Assembly (NCBI GenBank): GCA_964016885.1
Contig: CAXHJY010001669.1
Span: 231,122-295,121 of the forward strand
Direction of reading: 5' to 3'
Source: Eledone cirrhosa
Taxonomy: Eukaryota
DNA length: 64,000 nucleotides
Below are positions 27,191 through 42,066 of the stretch, piece by piece. Numbering within the stretch: position 1 is the stretch's first letter; each line of letters starts with the position of its first letter. Position numbers and translations under genes: made by a program. The notes under the pieces were generated by a model. That model had not been told where the DNA came from and made no database searches. It saw only the letters and a program-made list of their open reading frames with translations.

Positions 27191-27662
27191 AACCAGTCGA
27201 GTACGTAATAAAAACAAGGCTGCTAAAATACTGTAATCAATAATAATATTAATGGATTTTAACATTGTTTTATTGATTAGCCGGGTGTGCAATGCCCGTG
27301 GCCTTTTTCTGAGACATCCAAGACTAATATATGGAAGGGAGGGAGAGGGGACTATCCTGACACCGAAGACCTAGTCCGAATGCTTGCAAGAAAAGGAACT
27401 TCACAAATGGCAGTCAAGAGTGAGGTGGTGGTGTTAAACTGGGGCACCAATTAAGTCAACCACTAAAGTAGGCACGGTGGGATTTGAACTCAGAACACAA
27501 AGATCCGAAAGAAATACTACAGATTATACTATACGATACTCTAACGACTCTATCAGTCCACAGCTCTTGACTGTTGATGAAAGGCGAAGTAGACCTCAGC
27601 GGAATTCGAATAAGGGGCCAGCATAAATACTGCAAGGAATTTTATCCAATGCTCTAACATTC

Positions 27663-27945
27663 GGCCCATGACCTAGTGATTAGGGTATTGAACTTACGAA
27701 CATAATGTCGTGGGTTCAATTCCTGGACAAGGTGCCGCGTTGTGTTCTTGAGCAAAACACTTCATTTCACGTTAGTCCAGTACATTCAGCTGAAAAATTG
27801 AATACCAGCATTAACAAGAAGTTAACCCTGCGATAGACCGGTGTCCTGTCCAGGGAGTGGAGAAACTTGTACTCTCAGTCGCTTAACTCTACAGAAACCG
27901 GGATAATAACTGGCTTGATGAGCCCCCAGGCTTGGGATTAACTTG
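27663..27945 (+). mobile_element. tRNA-derived SINE (second family head)
   Basis: A box 'tgacctagtgattagg', B box 'ggttcaattcc'. Confidence 0.65.
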
Positions 27946-28487
27946 AACTTTAAACTTAAAATTTCTGCCAATTCGGGGCCTCCGGTTTTGTGAATTTGGA
28001 TGCAGTTGATTAAATTAACTTTATTTTATCAGCCCCAGAAAGAATAAAAGGCAAATTTGTGTCGGCAAGAATTGACCTCATAACGTAGAGAACTGGAGCA
28101 AATACTTCAAAATACTTTATTTGACGCTCTAACGGTTCTTCTAATTCACCCTCCTTTATAGAAAAAATAATTAATTGGTCGTGTTTTGAAAGTCGCACAG
28201 TGCAGGTAGGATTGTAAATATTGAGGTAATAAACACGGCTGAAGAAACAGAGAGGTGAAGAAGGAAAAAAAAAAAAAAAAAGAATCAGAGACAATATTAC
28301 ATTGGAAACATTTATTAATCTCTATATTTCGGATGTACCACCCTTTATGAAAGGGTCCGAAGGGAACCTTGAAGAATGTTGGAAATGGCATTTCTATATT
28401 TCTGTGTAGCTCATTTTAAAGTGAAACTTCGTTATCTCATCCATTATATGTATATATATATGTGTGTATGTACGTATGTATGTACGT

Positions 28488-28835
28488 CCTCCTCTCAAAG
28501 ACTGGTTATGTTAATCACCTGAAGTCACATGAAAGGAAAACCACCCGCAACACCACTCAACAAAGACCTGACGAAACAACGTGCGTGATATGCAACAAAG
28601 TGTGTAGGACTAGTTCTGGACTAAAAAAGTACATGGTGGCACATAAAGATTGTGTCCCACAGATTGACCCCCACCGGTCCTGTGGAAAGCACAACTCTCA
28701 TCTGTCACCTGTGTCGTAAACCATGCAGATCTACAGCTGGTCTACAAAGTCATCTACGAAGTCATGGACGCAGATGGGATGACAATGAAGAATCAATAAG
28801 AGACGGCAATTGTCTGTAAAGACGCTGCAATCCTT
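28488..28835 (+). mobile_element. LINE (RTE-like) 3' fragment with C2H2 fingers, in (TATG)n
   Basis: GYVNHLKSH, CVICNKVCRTSSGLKKYM, CHLCRKPCRSTAGLQSHLRSH across a frameshift; flanked by (TATG)n. Confidence 0.55.
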
Positions 28836-29669
28836 ATGTATGTATATAACTATGTATGTATGTATGTATGTATGTATGTATGTATGTATGTATGTATGTA
28901 TGTATGTATGTATGTATGTATGTATGTATGCATGTATGCATGTCGGGTCACTCTTGAGTGCTACTGGTAACATGTAACCCAGTACGACCTGACGCATGGT
29001 CGGGTCGTCGGCGACTAAACCGGCAACCCCACCAAGTTTACTTGGTGAGGAGGGTGATTTTGGACACACTGCAGGACAAAAAACAAAACCTGACAAAGGG
29101 CGGAACTCATAAGAGTCAACGGCCATGCAAAAGTGTGTAAATATGTATATACACATGTACCGCGCGGTTAAACCACTGGGAGTGAAGGACCCATAGCCTT
29201 TGTTAGGGCATTCTAGAAGGCAACTCAGGAAACTGGGATAACTCCGATATAAAACCTGCGGCTCAGTAATTACCGATGATGTTGATCTTTTCTTCTTTTC
29301 GGGTTATAGCTACTGTCGCTCAGAGAGTGGGATTGGCTCAGTGCACAGTCTTTCCTCACTTTAAAAAATATCTTCACGCACAGGCATTGCACGATAGAAT
29401 TAATTAATAATTATTAATAATGGTATATCATGCAATGGCCATACTCGATAACAAGGGGGCAGCCATCATGTATGTAAGTATGTATGTATGCATGTATGTA
29501 TGTATTGTATGTGTGTTTATGGCCTGTTACTTAGTGGATCGATGAAAGTTAGTACCAGTCCTGAACAAATATGCCCTGGGCTTGATAAAATTGACTAAAT
29601 CCTTTCAAGGTAGTGCTGTAATTGGTGTAAATATATACATGTCATTTAAACCACAGTAGATTATATATA

Positions 29670-31880
29670 TATATTATTCAGAATATTAATAAATGAAGAC
29701 ATTCACATAATCATAATATATGTTTTATTATATATATTTCGAAAGTACTGTGTTGTTTTTTCAGTACGTCCTCGTCAGATAAAATACATGAATTTATGTA
29801 TGACATACCTCAACGGTCTTGATAGTTCAATTCCAGTATTGGCAGTGATTTATTACAATAAATCTCAACATTTATATACCACAAATAATTATTTCTACTT
29901 TTGGCACAAGGCCAGCAATTCTCCCAGTGCATTACTGGTACTTTATTTCATCGACCCCGTAAGGATCAAAGGCAAAGTTAACCTCGGTGGGATTTGAACT
30001 CAGACCATAAAGGGCCGTAACTCTTTGCGTCAAATCATGGCGTCCGACCCTCTACCGATACTGCCAATCCACCGCCATATACCATAAATAATAACATGAT
30101 AAACTTAAATTTAAAGAAGAAGAGGACGTGGAGCGAGATAGGGATATAAGGAGGGGGTGAATATGAGGAAATGCAAGAAAAAATATATATACATACATGA
30201 ATATTTAAATGAGTAAATAGATGTATTAGGGAAGAAATATATAAAAAGACAAAAAAAAAAGGAAGAAAGAGAGAAGAAGAAAGAAGGAATAACGGCAAAA
30301 AAGAAAGAAAGGTAGACAGACCGTTGTTTTCAAATATTAAGTCAAATTGAGGCAACCAATTAAATAACATGAAATTTTTAATATCTTTTGTATTTGGTTA
30401 TACTTATATATTATATCAAAATTAAACAAATAAAATTATTTTCTATAGCCGTTAGATACATAGTTTAAATAAGTAATACATTCACCAAATATTTTGTTAC
30501 AACTTTTAAAAACATTTTTATCTTTAAAGCATATTTAAATAATTATTAAGTGTATTAGGATATTTATTAAAACACATGCATATATCACCATCAGTATATA
30601 TATATTTTTTATATTAAGATCATTTATTATCTGAGTTATTCTATTTTTTTTATAAAATCATTGATTGTCATTTAATTACAGGATTAAGTTGCAGTTATAT
30701 TTACTCTCAAAAGTTTTATTATTTCATATTTACTTCAGTAATTACTTATTATTATATATAGTTTCCCTTTAAGGATTTTCATATATTATTAAACTGCATA
30801 ATTCAAGTTAAATATAATTTAGCAAGCTATTCAGACAGAACAAAATTATTTATGAAAAATGTAAACAAAGGAATGTCCCTTACAAAATAACTGCCTTGAC
30901 AAGAATATAGTGTATAAATGTACCATTAAGACAAATGATAATAATACATATAACTACATTGGTGCCACTTCATCTAAGTTTAAATATCGCTTTTACAATC
31001 ATAAACATTCTTTTTCTAATCCAGATAACAAATTTTCAACATAACTCTCACAGTTAATATGGTCTTTGAAGGACAAAAATATCAAATACTCAATTTCTTG
31101 GAGTAAGTTAAAGAAATCTGATTCCTATACTGATTTTGATATATGCATGTGTTTTAATAAATATCCTAATACACTTAATACTTATTTTAATATGCTTTAA
31201 AGATAAAAATGTTTTTAAAAGTCGTAACAAAATATTTGGTGAATGTATTACTTATTTAAACTATGTATCTGACGGCTATAGAAAATAATTTTAATTGTTT
31301 AATTTTGATATAATATATAAGTATAATTAGTTTAAACGTAACCAAATACAAAAGATATTAAAAATTTCATGTTATTTAATTGGTTGCCTCAATTTGACTT
31401 AATATTTGAAAACAACGGTCTGTCTACCTACCCGCCTCAATTTTTTCTTTTTTGCCGTTATTTCTTCTTTCTTCTTCTCTCTTTCTTCCTTTTTTTTTGT
31501 CTTTTTATATATTTCTTCCCTAATACATCTATTTACTCATTTAAATATTTATGTATGTATGTATTTTTTTTCCTGCATCTCCTCATATTTACCCCCTCCT
31601 TATATCCTTATCTCGCGCCACGTCCTCTTCTTCTTTAAATTTAAGTTTATCATGTTATTATTTGTGGTATACAAATGTTGAGATTTGTTGTAATAAATCA
31701 CTGCCAATACTGGAATTGAACTATCAAGACCGTTGAAGTATGTCATACATAAATTCATGTATTTTATCTGACGAGGACGTACTGAAAAAACAACACAGTA
31801 CCTTCGAAATATATATAATAAAACATATATTTTGATTATGTGAATGTCTTTATTTATTAATATTCTGAATAATATTAATA
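29670..31880 (+). mobile_element. PLE family 3: GIY-YIG remnant flanked by ~750-bp inverted terminal repeats
   Basis: About 30890-31105 translates NIVYKCTI..YNYIGATSSKFKYRFYNHKHSF..LSQLIWSLKD. Arms about 29670-30590 (with SINE insert 29887-30076) and about 31130-31880 are reverse complements. Confidence 0.85.
31762..31823 (+). ncRNA. Type I hammerhead ribozyme motif (mirror copy at 29724-29784, minus strand)
   Basis: UUUUAU-CUGACGA-GGAC-GUACUG...CAGUAC-CUUC-GAAA-uauaua-UA-AUAAAA: 6-bp stem I, palindromic loop III. Confidence 0.7.
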
Positions 31881-31979
31881 ACTGCAGAAAACTTTATTGT
31901 AGAGTGCTTTTAATCTATTGTAAAACTATATTCATTGAGTAATCAATGAACCATATTAATCTTTGGCTATATATCTATA

Positions 31980-32054
<75 letters not shown>

Positions 32055-32065
32055 AATTCAGCAAA

Positions 32066-32610
32066 CAGAAGAAGAGAGATAGGCCTGAAATCCAATCTCA
32101 TCATCTTCAATTCGGTATTCGCACCAACCCTTACCTATGGTCGTGAATCTTGTGTAATGACCGAAGGAATACGATCGCAAATACAAGCACCCGAAATGTG
32201 GTTCCTCTGAAGGGCCTTTGGAGTAATGTTACTCGATAGAGTGCATAGCCCGGAGATCAGTCAGTCACCTCAGGTAGAGCAGCTACTTCTCCGAATTGAG
32301 AGATCACAGTTCCGATACTATGGGCATGTGGTTAGAATGTCTCGGGAAAGAATCGCTGGACAGATTTTACGGGCAAAAACCAACCGGCAGGATACCCTGG
32401 GGTAAACCACGTGCAAGATAGTTGGATAACACACATCCATGAGCTTGGCTGGTCTCGCTTGCGGATACAGATGGATCAGGTTGCTTCTGAGAGAACACAC
32501 TGGAAGGAGTGCTTGAGAACTCTGCCTCCGTGACCCACTCAGGAATAAGTGGGTGAAGAAGAAGAAGAAGAAGAAGAAGAAGAAGAAGAAGAAGAAGAAG
32601 AAGAAGAAGA
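32066..32610 (+). mobile_element. RTE-clade LINE 3' fragment with (GAA)n tail
   Basis: PTLTYG.ES..MTE..RSQIQAPEM, LLLRIERSQFRYYGHVVRM. Other copies at 44165-44460(-), 57583-57898(-), 61640-62105(+). Confidence 0.8.
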
Positions 32611-32898
32611 ATGAATGAATGAATTGCGGTTATACGTATTTCGATGGTAACTTACATAACAGACCTACATGTATACTTCGTCGCGTGTTCTATCTTGCGT
32701 ACACTAGTGACGTTTGATTAACTAACACAAAATATATATATCATTTTACCGACCCTGTAAGGAGGAAGGGTAAAGCTAACCTCGGCGTGATTTGAACTCA
32801 GGACATAAAGAGACGTAACTATATGCCACAAAGCATGTTGTCCGACGCTCTGACGATACTGCCCATCCACCGCTCTTACATTGAATATACACAGACAC

Positions 32899-33216
<318 letters not shown>

Positions 33217-33219
33217 CCA

Positions 33220-33450
33220 AAAAGAAAAACAAGATGGTGTAGGACAGAACAAAGGAGAGACACAAAATAAAAACCTAGTCATTGAGGAGGTCACAGAATA
33301 TGTGACAAAATAGCCTTGACAATATATGAACAACCATCCGGTTATCGAACCAACCAACCAACCAACCGGAAATTTATAATAAACTGAAGTGAAAACCAAC
33401 AGGTGCGTGTGTTTTTATTGGCAGCATGACCCTCCCAAAGTATAAGAATA
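33220..33450 (+). mobile_element. PLE family 1 terminal-repeat fragment with decayed HHR
   Basis: Homologous to the reverse complement of 2860-3000; HHR core mutated (TTGAGGA...AAAA). Confidence 0.7.
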
Positions 33451-33469
33451 TATATATATATAGACCCAA

Positions 33470-34495
33470 TTAAAAATAAAGGTGGTAGAAAAGCCAGGAA
33501 CCACCATAAAATTCCTGATCAGCAAAACCTACCCCTTTAAGAAAACCCACTGTACCAATAGGAAATGTATCATATGTAAGGTGAACCCCCGGATAAACTG
33601 TAAAACTAGAAACGTAGTCTATAGCATAAGATGTACAGAGGGTACTTGCAGAAACATGACAACAACATACATAGGCGAAACAGCTCGTAGCATAGGTGAA
33701 AGGATAGACCAACACTGGGGGGAACTAAAAGGACGAAAAAACGGGTCAGTACTATACGAACATGCTAGACAACAACATGACGGTAACATAGACAACATAG
33801 AAATTAGAATAATATCTAAACATAGGAATGACCCAGCAGATAGGCAAATCAGAGAGGCCAGTGAAATAGAAATTAGAAGACCAAAGCTAAACAGAAAGAA
33901 TGAGTGGAACAACAACAACACCCAAACAAACAACACTGACCTAAGAGAAGTATAAATAAGTAAATAAAATAAAATAAAATAAGATAAATAAATACATACA
34001 CAAGCACAATAACAACAAGCACATAAACACACACTAGTCACCCAGCAGACACAACACTATACACACTAGTCACACAGCAAACATAACACTATACACACAC
34101 GCAAACGCATGCGCAAAGAAGACAAAATAAAATAAACAAACAAGCAAATAAATAAATAAATATATAGACAGACTGAATAAAAAATGGCGTGGACATACAA
34201 CACAACAGGAGGAAGAAAAAAAAAATGAAAAAAATATATATATAACACCACTGACGATGTTGCAGATGTGCAGCGGGGGATTTGTGTAGATTGTGTAAAC
34301 TATATATGTGTGTTTGTGTCTATATTGTATCTGTGTTATTTTTGACCGTCGGTCGGTCAATGGCAACATTGAGGACCGATTAAGTTGGATCGCAGATATA
34401 AAAGACAGCGAGAAGCGAGAGCCAACCAAACAGTGAGTGTGTTCTGTTGTTAATTCTGGCAGTGTTGCACAAATGTGGCCCTCCCCAAGTATAAT
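33470..34495 (+). mobile_element. 5'-truncated PLE family 2 copy (intact GIY-YIG reading frame + terminal repeat)
   Basis: 157-aa ORF nearly identical to 17060-17530 but with Trp (TGG) where the 10-18 kb copy has TAG; (TA)n on both sides. Confidence 0.9.
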
Positions 34496-34555
34496 GTATA
34501 TGTATGTATATATATACATATGTATATATATATATATGTATGTATATATATATGC

Positions 34556-34597
<42 letters not shown>

Positions 34598-34637
34598 GTG
34601 TATATATATATATATACACATGTGTATATATATATAC

Positions 34638-34701
<64 letters not shown>

Positions 34702-34713
34702 GTGTATATATGT

Positions 34714-35586
34714 ATCATCATCATCATCAACGTTTAACGTCCGTGTTCCACGCTTGCATGGGTTTGGACGGGGGTATTCCCACTTGAGGCAAGAGTGATT
34801 GTCTTGCTCGCATAGGACTGTCTGGCAGGTTTTCTACAGTTGGATGCCCTTCCTAACACCAACCACATTTACAGTGTGGGACTGGGAGGTTTTTACCGTG
34901 TTGCCTACACGGCCACATTACAGCGTGGACTGTGTGTTTTTTTGTCGTGACACCTACACGATCTCATTTGTTTCGGCCTGGATGGTGTGGCACCAACATA
35001 ACTTTACATAGGAGGGGGTGGTGTGGATGGGGTGGGGGTGGTGGGACGGGGGTGTATTTTGTTAGAGATGCCTACTGGCTGTAGTAGGTTTTACTATGTA
35101 TTTAGGTAAGGCGGGTCTTCTCTATTACTGAGTACCGCCAAAGGTCTCGGTCCAGTGACATTGTCTTGGAGAGGTGTAAGTGTGTGATGTCGGAGTTTAT
35201 CAGCTCGTCCCAGGTTTTTCTGGGTCTGCCTATTCCGTGGCTACCGTCTATCTTTATTGCCCTGCACTTTGTTATACAGCTGTCGTCTTTCATGCGCATC
35301 ACGTGTCCATACCAACGTAGCCTTCTCTCGAGTAAACAACATCTGATCCCTCTTATTTCTAATTTTTTCCTTAGTTCGTTTATGCTTTGCCGTTCACGTA
35401 TATTACTATTACACATCCAGCGGAGCATGCAAGCTTCGTTCCTCTCTAGTCTTCGTATATCCTCTGCACACAATGCCCAGGTCTCACTGCCATGCAACAT
35501 TGCTGTTCGTATGCAGGCATCATACAACCTGCCTTTCATTTTTAGGGAGAACCCTTTAGCGGCTAATAGTGGTATAAGCTCTCTGA
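34714..35586 (-). mobile_element. RTE-like LINE 3' fragment (same family as 49957-51392)
   Basis: KGRLYDACIRTAMLHGSETWAL...RRLRWYGHVMRM...GRPRKTW; (ATG)n tail. Confidence 0.85.
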
Positions 35587-35609
35587 ATATATATATATAT
35601 AAATATATA

Positions 35610-37610
<2,001 letters not shown>

Positions 37611-37636
37611 ATATATATATATATATATATACACAT

Positions 37637-37682
<46 letters not shown>

Positions 37683-37684
<2 letters not shown>

Positions 37685-38730
37685 TAGCTGGCCCGTCCGG
37701 CTGGCGCCCGGCTACCATTGGCGTGTTCTACGGTATCCAGATATATATAGCTGACGTACCTAGCTTCGCTTGGATAAACAGACGATAAGCCGTCTGTGTA
37801 GTATAGTATTACTGTTGTAAATATATAGTATAGTATTACTGTTGAAAATATATAGTACAGTACAGTATTATTGTTGAAGATACATAGTATAGTATTACAT
37901 TTGAAAATATATAGTACAGTATTACTGTTGAAAATATATAATATAGTATAGCATTACTGTTGAAAATATATAGTACAGTATTACTGTTGAAAACATATAG
38001 TATTACGGTTGAAAATATATAGTATAGTATTACTGTTGAAAATATATAGTACAGTATTACTGTTGAAAATATATAGTATAGTATTACTGTTGAAAATATA
38101 TGGCATAGTAGTATTACTGTTGAAAATATATAGCATAGTATTACTGTTGAAAATATATAGTACAGTATTACTGTTGAATATATAAAGTGTAGTACAGTAT
38201 TATTGTTGAAAATATATAGTACAGTACAGTATTACTGTTGAAAATATATAGTACAGTATTACTGTTGATAATATATAGTATAGTATTACTGTTGAAAACA
38301 TATAGTATAGTATGAATGTTGAATATATATAGTATAGTATTACTGTTGAAAATATATAGTTTAGTATTACTGTTGAAAATATGTACACGAATATATAATT
38401 ATATATATATAATTAATTAAAAGTTGGTTAGAAGCGAAGTCAATGCCTACAGGCAGACATACAGACAGATATTATAAGCGCGCGACATTATAGCTATGTA
38501 TCTATCTAAAAAGACAGACTAAGAAAGAGAGAGGAATGTCGTATAACCGGAAATGTTGACATTTGAAAACTTTAAAGAAGTGAATATTTAAATAATATCT
38601 TTAATCTTTTAACAAAATTTAGTAGACAAAAATACCCTCACTTTCTTACTTGGAAAAAGATACATCTATGGTGCAAATTTGGTGTCGTTTGGTTCAGTCG
38701 TTTGGCGAGAAGTTTGTTACATACATACGG
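37683..38730 (-). mobile_element. Probable non-autonomous Helitron-like element(s) carrying a minisatellite
   Basis: Minus strand has a GC hairpin then CTAG|T at 37683-37712; a second similar end at about 37747-37775; (CAGA)/(CATA) microsatellite-like far end. Confidence 0.45.
37796..38385. repeat. 27-bp minisatellite (about 21 imperfect copies)
   Basis: Unit AATATATAGTACAGTATTACTGTTGAA with internal palindrome ACAGTA-T-TACTGT. Confidence 0.9.
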
Positions 38731-38763
38731 CCGTCCCCTCAATCTATTTTATTTCTCATTCTT

Positions 38764-38799
38764 TCTTCTGATGAAGGACTAGCGTCCGAAACGTTAAGA
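38764..38799 (+). ncRNA. Minimal type I hammerhead ribozyme motif
   Basis: UCUU-CUGAUGA-A-GGAC-uagc-GUCC-GAAA-cg-UU-AAGA with palindromic AACGUU stem/loop III, the classic PLE-type minimal HHR. Confidence 0.75.
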
Positions 38800-38871
38800 C
38801 TCTCTTCCTGCTATATCAAGCGTTAACCTAATATATACCTTCCATATACTATGTTGTTATTTCTGTTTACC

Positions 38872-39002
<131 letters not shown>

Positions 39003-39187
39003 CAAAATATAAAACAATCAAATTTTAGTTTAATACATTTAATTGCTGACAACTGTTTCTTCCAGACGAATGTTTCAACAATGTTTAAACAAATAATTAT
39101 AATCCTAGTCTTCAGAACATTCATAAAGATACATAACTATTGACAGTGTCAGTGACATTCAATATGATGTCACTGACACTGTCAATA

Positions 39188-39969
39188 ATAAAGTTGTAGT
39201 TCCTGTCTGTCTGTTTGTTTGTTTGTTTGTTTGTTCACGAACGCCTCCTATGGTTTTGGAGATAGACCCCTCATAACCATATATATTCTGAAACTACATT
39301 GCCCTGGGTACTTGGATAAGTATATTTCATTTTAATCAAAGAGTTCCCGGGGGCACAAACCCCCGCTGAAAATGTTTTCCCTTCGATTTATATGAAATTT
39401 AAACCATAGGTAAATGACAAGATATGATGCCTATTCACAAAATTTCGGCAAATTTCAATAATATTAAGACACCCTAATGGGGGTTAAACCCTCTATAGTG
39501 AAACTTTCGGAAGCCCAAATAAAATAATGCTTTACACAAAAATGAAATGATCAAGTTTTGAATTGATATTTTGAAAAAAAATTATTTACAAGAAACAAAA
39601 TAAGAATAAGATTTAATAATGTAATTTTGATTTGATATATTACAAAAAATAATTGTTTCTACTTTGGGCACAAGGCCAGCAATTACCCAGTACATTACTC
39701 GTACTTTATTTTATCGACCCCGTAAGGATGAAAGGCAAAGTTAACCTCGACGGGATTTGAACTCAGAAAAAATATATTACAAAATATATTACAAAATATG
39801 TTTTCCAATATTTCATGCATTACATTTTACATTGAGTAATATTGAAATGCAGAGTTTTTCTCCATAAATTATATCACTGATTTAAAATCAATCCTCATTT
39901 TCTTACAGAAAAAAAAAAAAAAAAAAAAATGTGTGAAACGCAGCAGCAGAGCGCGGGTAATTCGGCTAG
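39188..39969 (+). mobile_element. Probable non-autonomous Helitron (with SINE insert 39650-39767)
   Basis: (GTCT)/(GTTT)n near the 5' end; GC-rich subterminal segment then CTAG|T at 39966-39970. Confidence 0.55.
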
Positions 39970-40059
39970 TATATATATATATATATGCAGAGGTTATATT
40001 TAATTTTTAAAAATGTTTAAATATTTATAACTGATATAAAGCACTCAACAGATTAGTGG

Positions 40060-40200
40060 AGTAAATATACAATATATTAATAAATGGAAACTATATTTAT
40101 AAAACCATATTTATTTTATTATACATATTTCAAGGGCAACCAAGGCAAATTATGGTGCGCTTTCATCAGATAAAATACAGATTTGTTTTATAAATAAATA
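40060..40200 (-). mobile_element. PLE terminal-repeat fragment with HHR (family of 21490-21823)
   Basis: Minus strand UAUUUUAU-CUGAUGA...GAAA-ugua-UA-AUAAAAUA. Confidence 0.65.
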
Positions 40201-40564
40201 TTGACATACCCGGAAAAAAAAAGACAACCTTAACGGTTGGAGCTTCCTGGATAGTAGAGATATTACATTTATTGAGGGTAATACAAAATTATGAGTAAGT
40301 ATGCAAATGAGTGTCCGAGAGGTTGAAAAGATAACGGTTTATTTAAATTAAACTGTTGGAAGAAGGTGATATGTGAGGGAGAGAGAAAAAAAAATAGAAA
40401 AAAGAAAAAAGAAAAAAGAAAGAAAAAGGAAGGAGAAAGATAGAAGAGGAAAGAAAGAACGATTATATATATTGATAGTGAAAATAGAGTGCATGAATAG
40501 ATAAACAGCGTAAGTATATCTAAAAGAGAGAAGAAATGAGAATAACGTGGAAGAATAATATTTA

Positions 40565-40752
40565 TAATTGTTTCTACTTTAGGCACAAGGCCAGCAATTA
40601 CCCAGTGCATTACTGGTACTTTATTTTATCGACCCCGTAAGGATGAAAGACAAAGTCAACCTCGGCGGGATTTGAACTCAGATCGTAAAGGGACGTAACT
40701 ATGCTGGAAAGCATGGCGTTCGACCCTCTACCGATACTGCCAATCCACCGCC
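40565..40752 (-). mobile_element. Full-length young SINE
   Basis: Nearly identical to 20318-20510; 'taatatttataat' duplication. Confidence 0.85.
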
Positions 40753-41571
40753 CTAATATTTATAATGCGTTTTAATTATAATACTTATAATGATAGGTTG
40801 AAAAATTAGATTAAAACTAAAAATTAGAAATCAAAATTAAAGATTAAAATTTACCTTAATATTAAAGATTTAATTTAATAATTTAATATTAATAATTAGT
40901 TTAAATGTTAAGGATTATAAATTATTTAAATAAATATATATTATTTTACATTAGAGCAAAACTATTATAGTTTATTTTATTAAAAGTTGTAAGTCAAAAT
41001 TTAAACATCCAAATAATTCTAAATTTATGAAAAGTTTACGAGAGTTTACAAAAGAATAACCACTGAGTTATATTATAAAAACAGTAAGGAAGTGTAAAGG
41101 AAGTTAGAAGTGATTTTTTAAGAACTCAGATGACTCTAAGGATTAAATGTTATAAAGTTAAAAAGTTAAAAAAATTTTATCTTAAGAATATAATTAAAAC
41201 ATGAACCATATGTTATTTTATACGAAGTCATAAATTTACTTGCTATAAAGTTCAAACATTAACATTAAAATTAAAATTAAAACATTAAAAAATCTATCTT
41301 AAGAATATATTTAAAGCATAAACCATAGGTTATTCCACATATATATAAAAAACATATGTTTTTCCACATATATATAAACATTTGGATATATATATTAAAA
41401 ACGTTTGGAGATATAAAATTATAGAAATATAAAAAATATAAAAAAATATAAAAATATTGTAAGGTATGAAAATAATGGTCTTTCAAAGGAATTTTCAAAA
41501 GATTTTTCATAAAACCTTCCGTAAGTTTTTCAAGAAAAAAATGTTTCTTATATATATATATATTCAATGTA

Positions 41572-41760
41572 AGCGCGGTGGATTGGCAATATCGACAGAG
41601 CGTCGGACAACATACTTTGTGGCATATAGTTACGTCCCTTTGTGTCCTGAGTTCAAAATCACGCCGAGGTTAGCTTTGCCTTTCCTCCTTACGGGGTCTA
41701 TAAAATGAAACACAAGTAACACCCTAAAAGTTTCGGCGTTGTGCCTAAATCAGAAACCGT
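41572..41760 (+). mobile_element. tRNA-derived SINE
   Basis: Same A/B boxes and core as the other copies. Confidence 0.75.
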
Positions 41761-41806
41761 TATTTATCTGTATATATATCCCAGTTCTTTCATTTCACTC
41801 TTTTCC

Positions 41807-41904
<98 letters not shown>

Positions 41905-42023
41905 GTATATGTATATGTGTAAATTTAGATTTCTCTATGCAGAAAGAGAGGGGAAGTGTGAAAGAAATACAGCATAGGAGTGAGAGAAGTAGGTAGGTAG
42001 ACATATATATATATATATATATA

Positions 42024-42066
<43 letters not shown>

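Noticed and set aside
28462-28790. Host C2H2 zinc-finger gene
   Set aside because: Frameshifted, no splice sites, embedded in (TATG)n; fits a LINE C-terminus better.
37796-38385. CRISPR-like palindromic repeats ending in TTGAAA
   Set aside because: No spacers; irregular tandem minisatellite.
40750-41560. Mitochondrial insertion (NUMT) or PLE ORF in an extremely AT-rich stretch
   Set aside because: No recognisable mitochondrial gene or convincing GIY-YIG alignment by eye; left unassigned.
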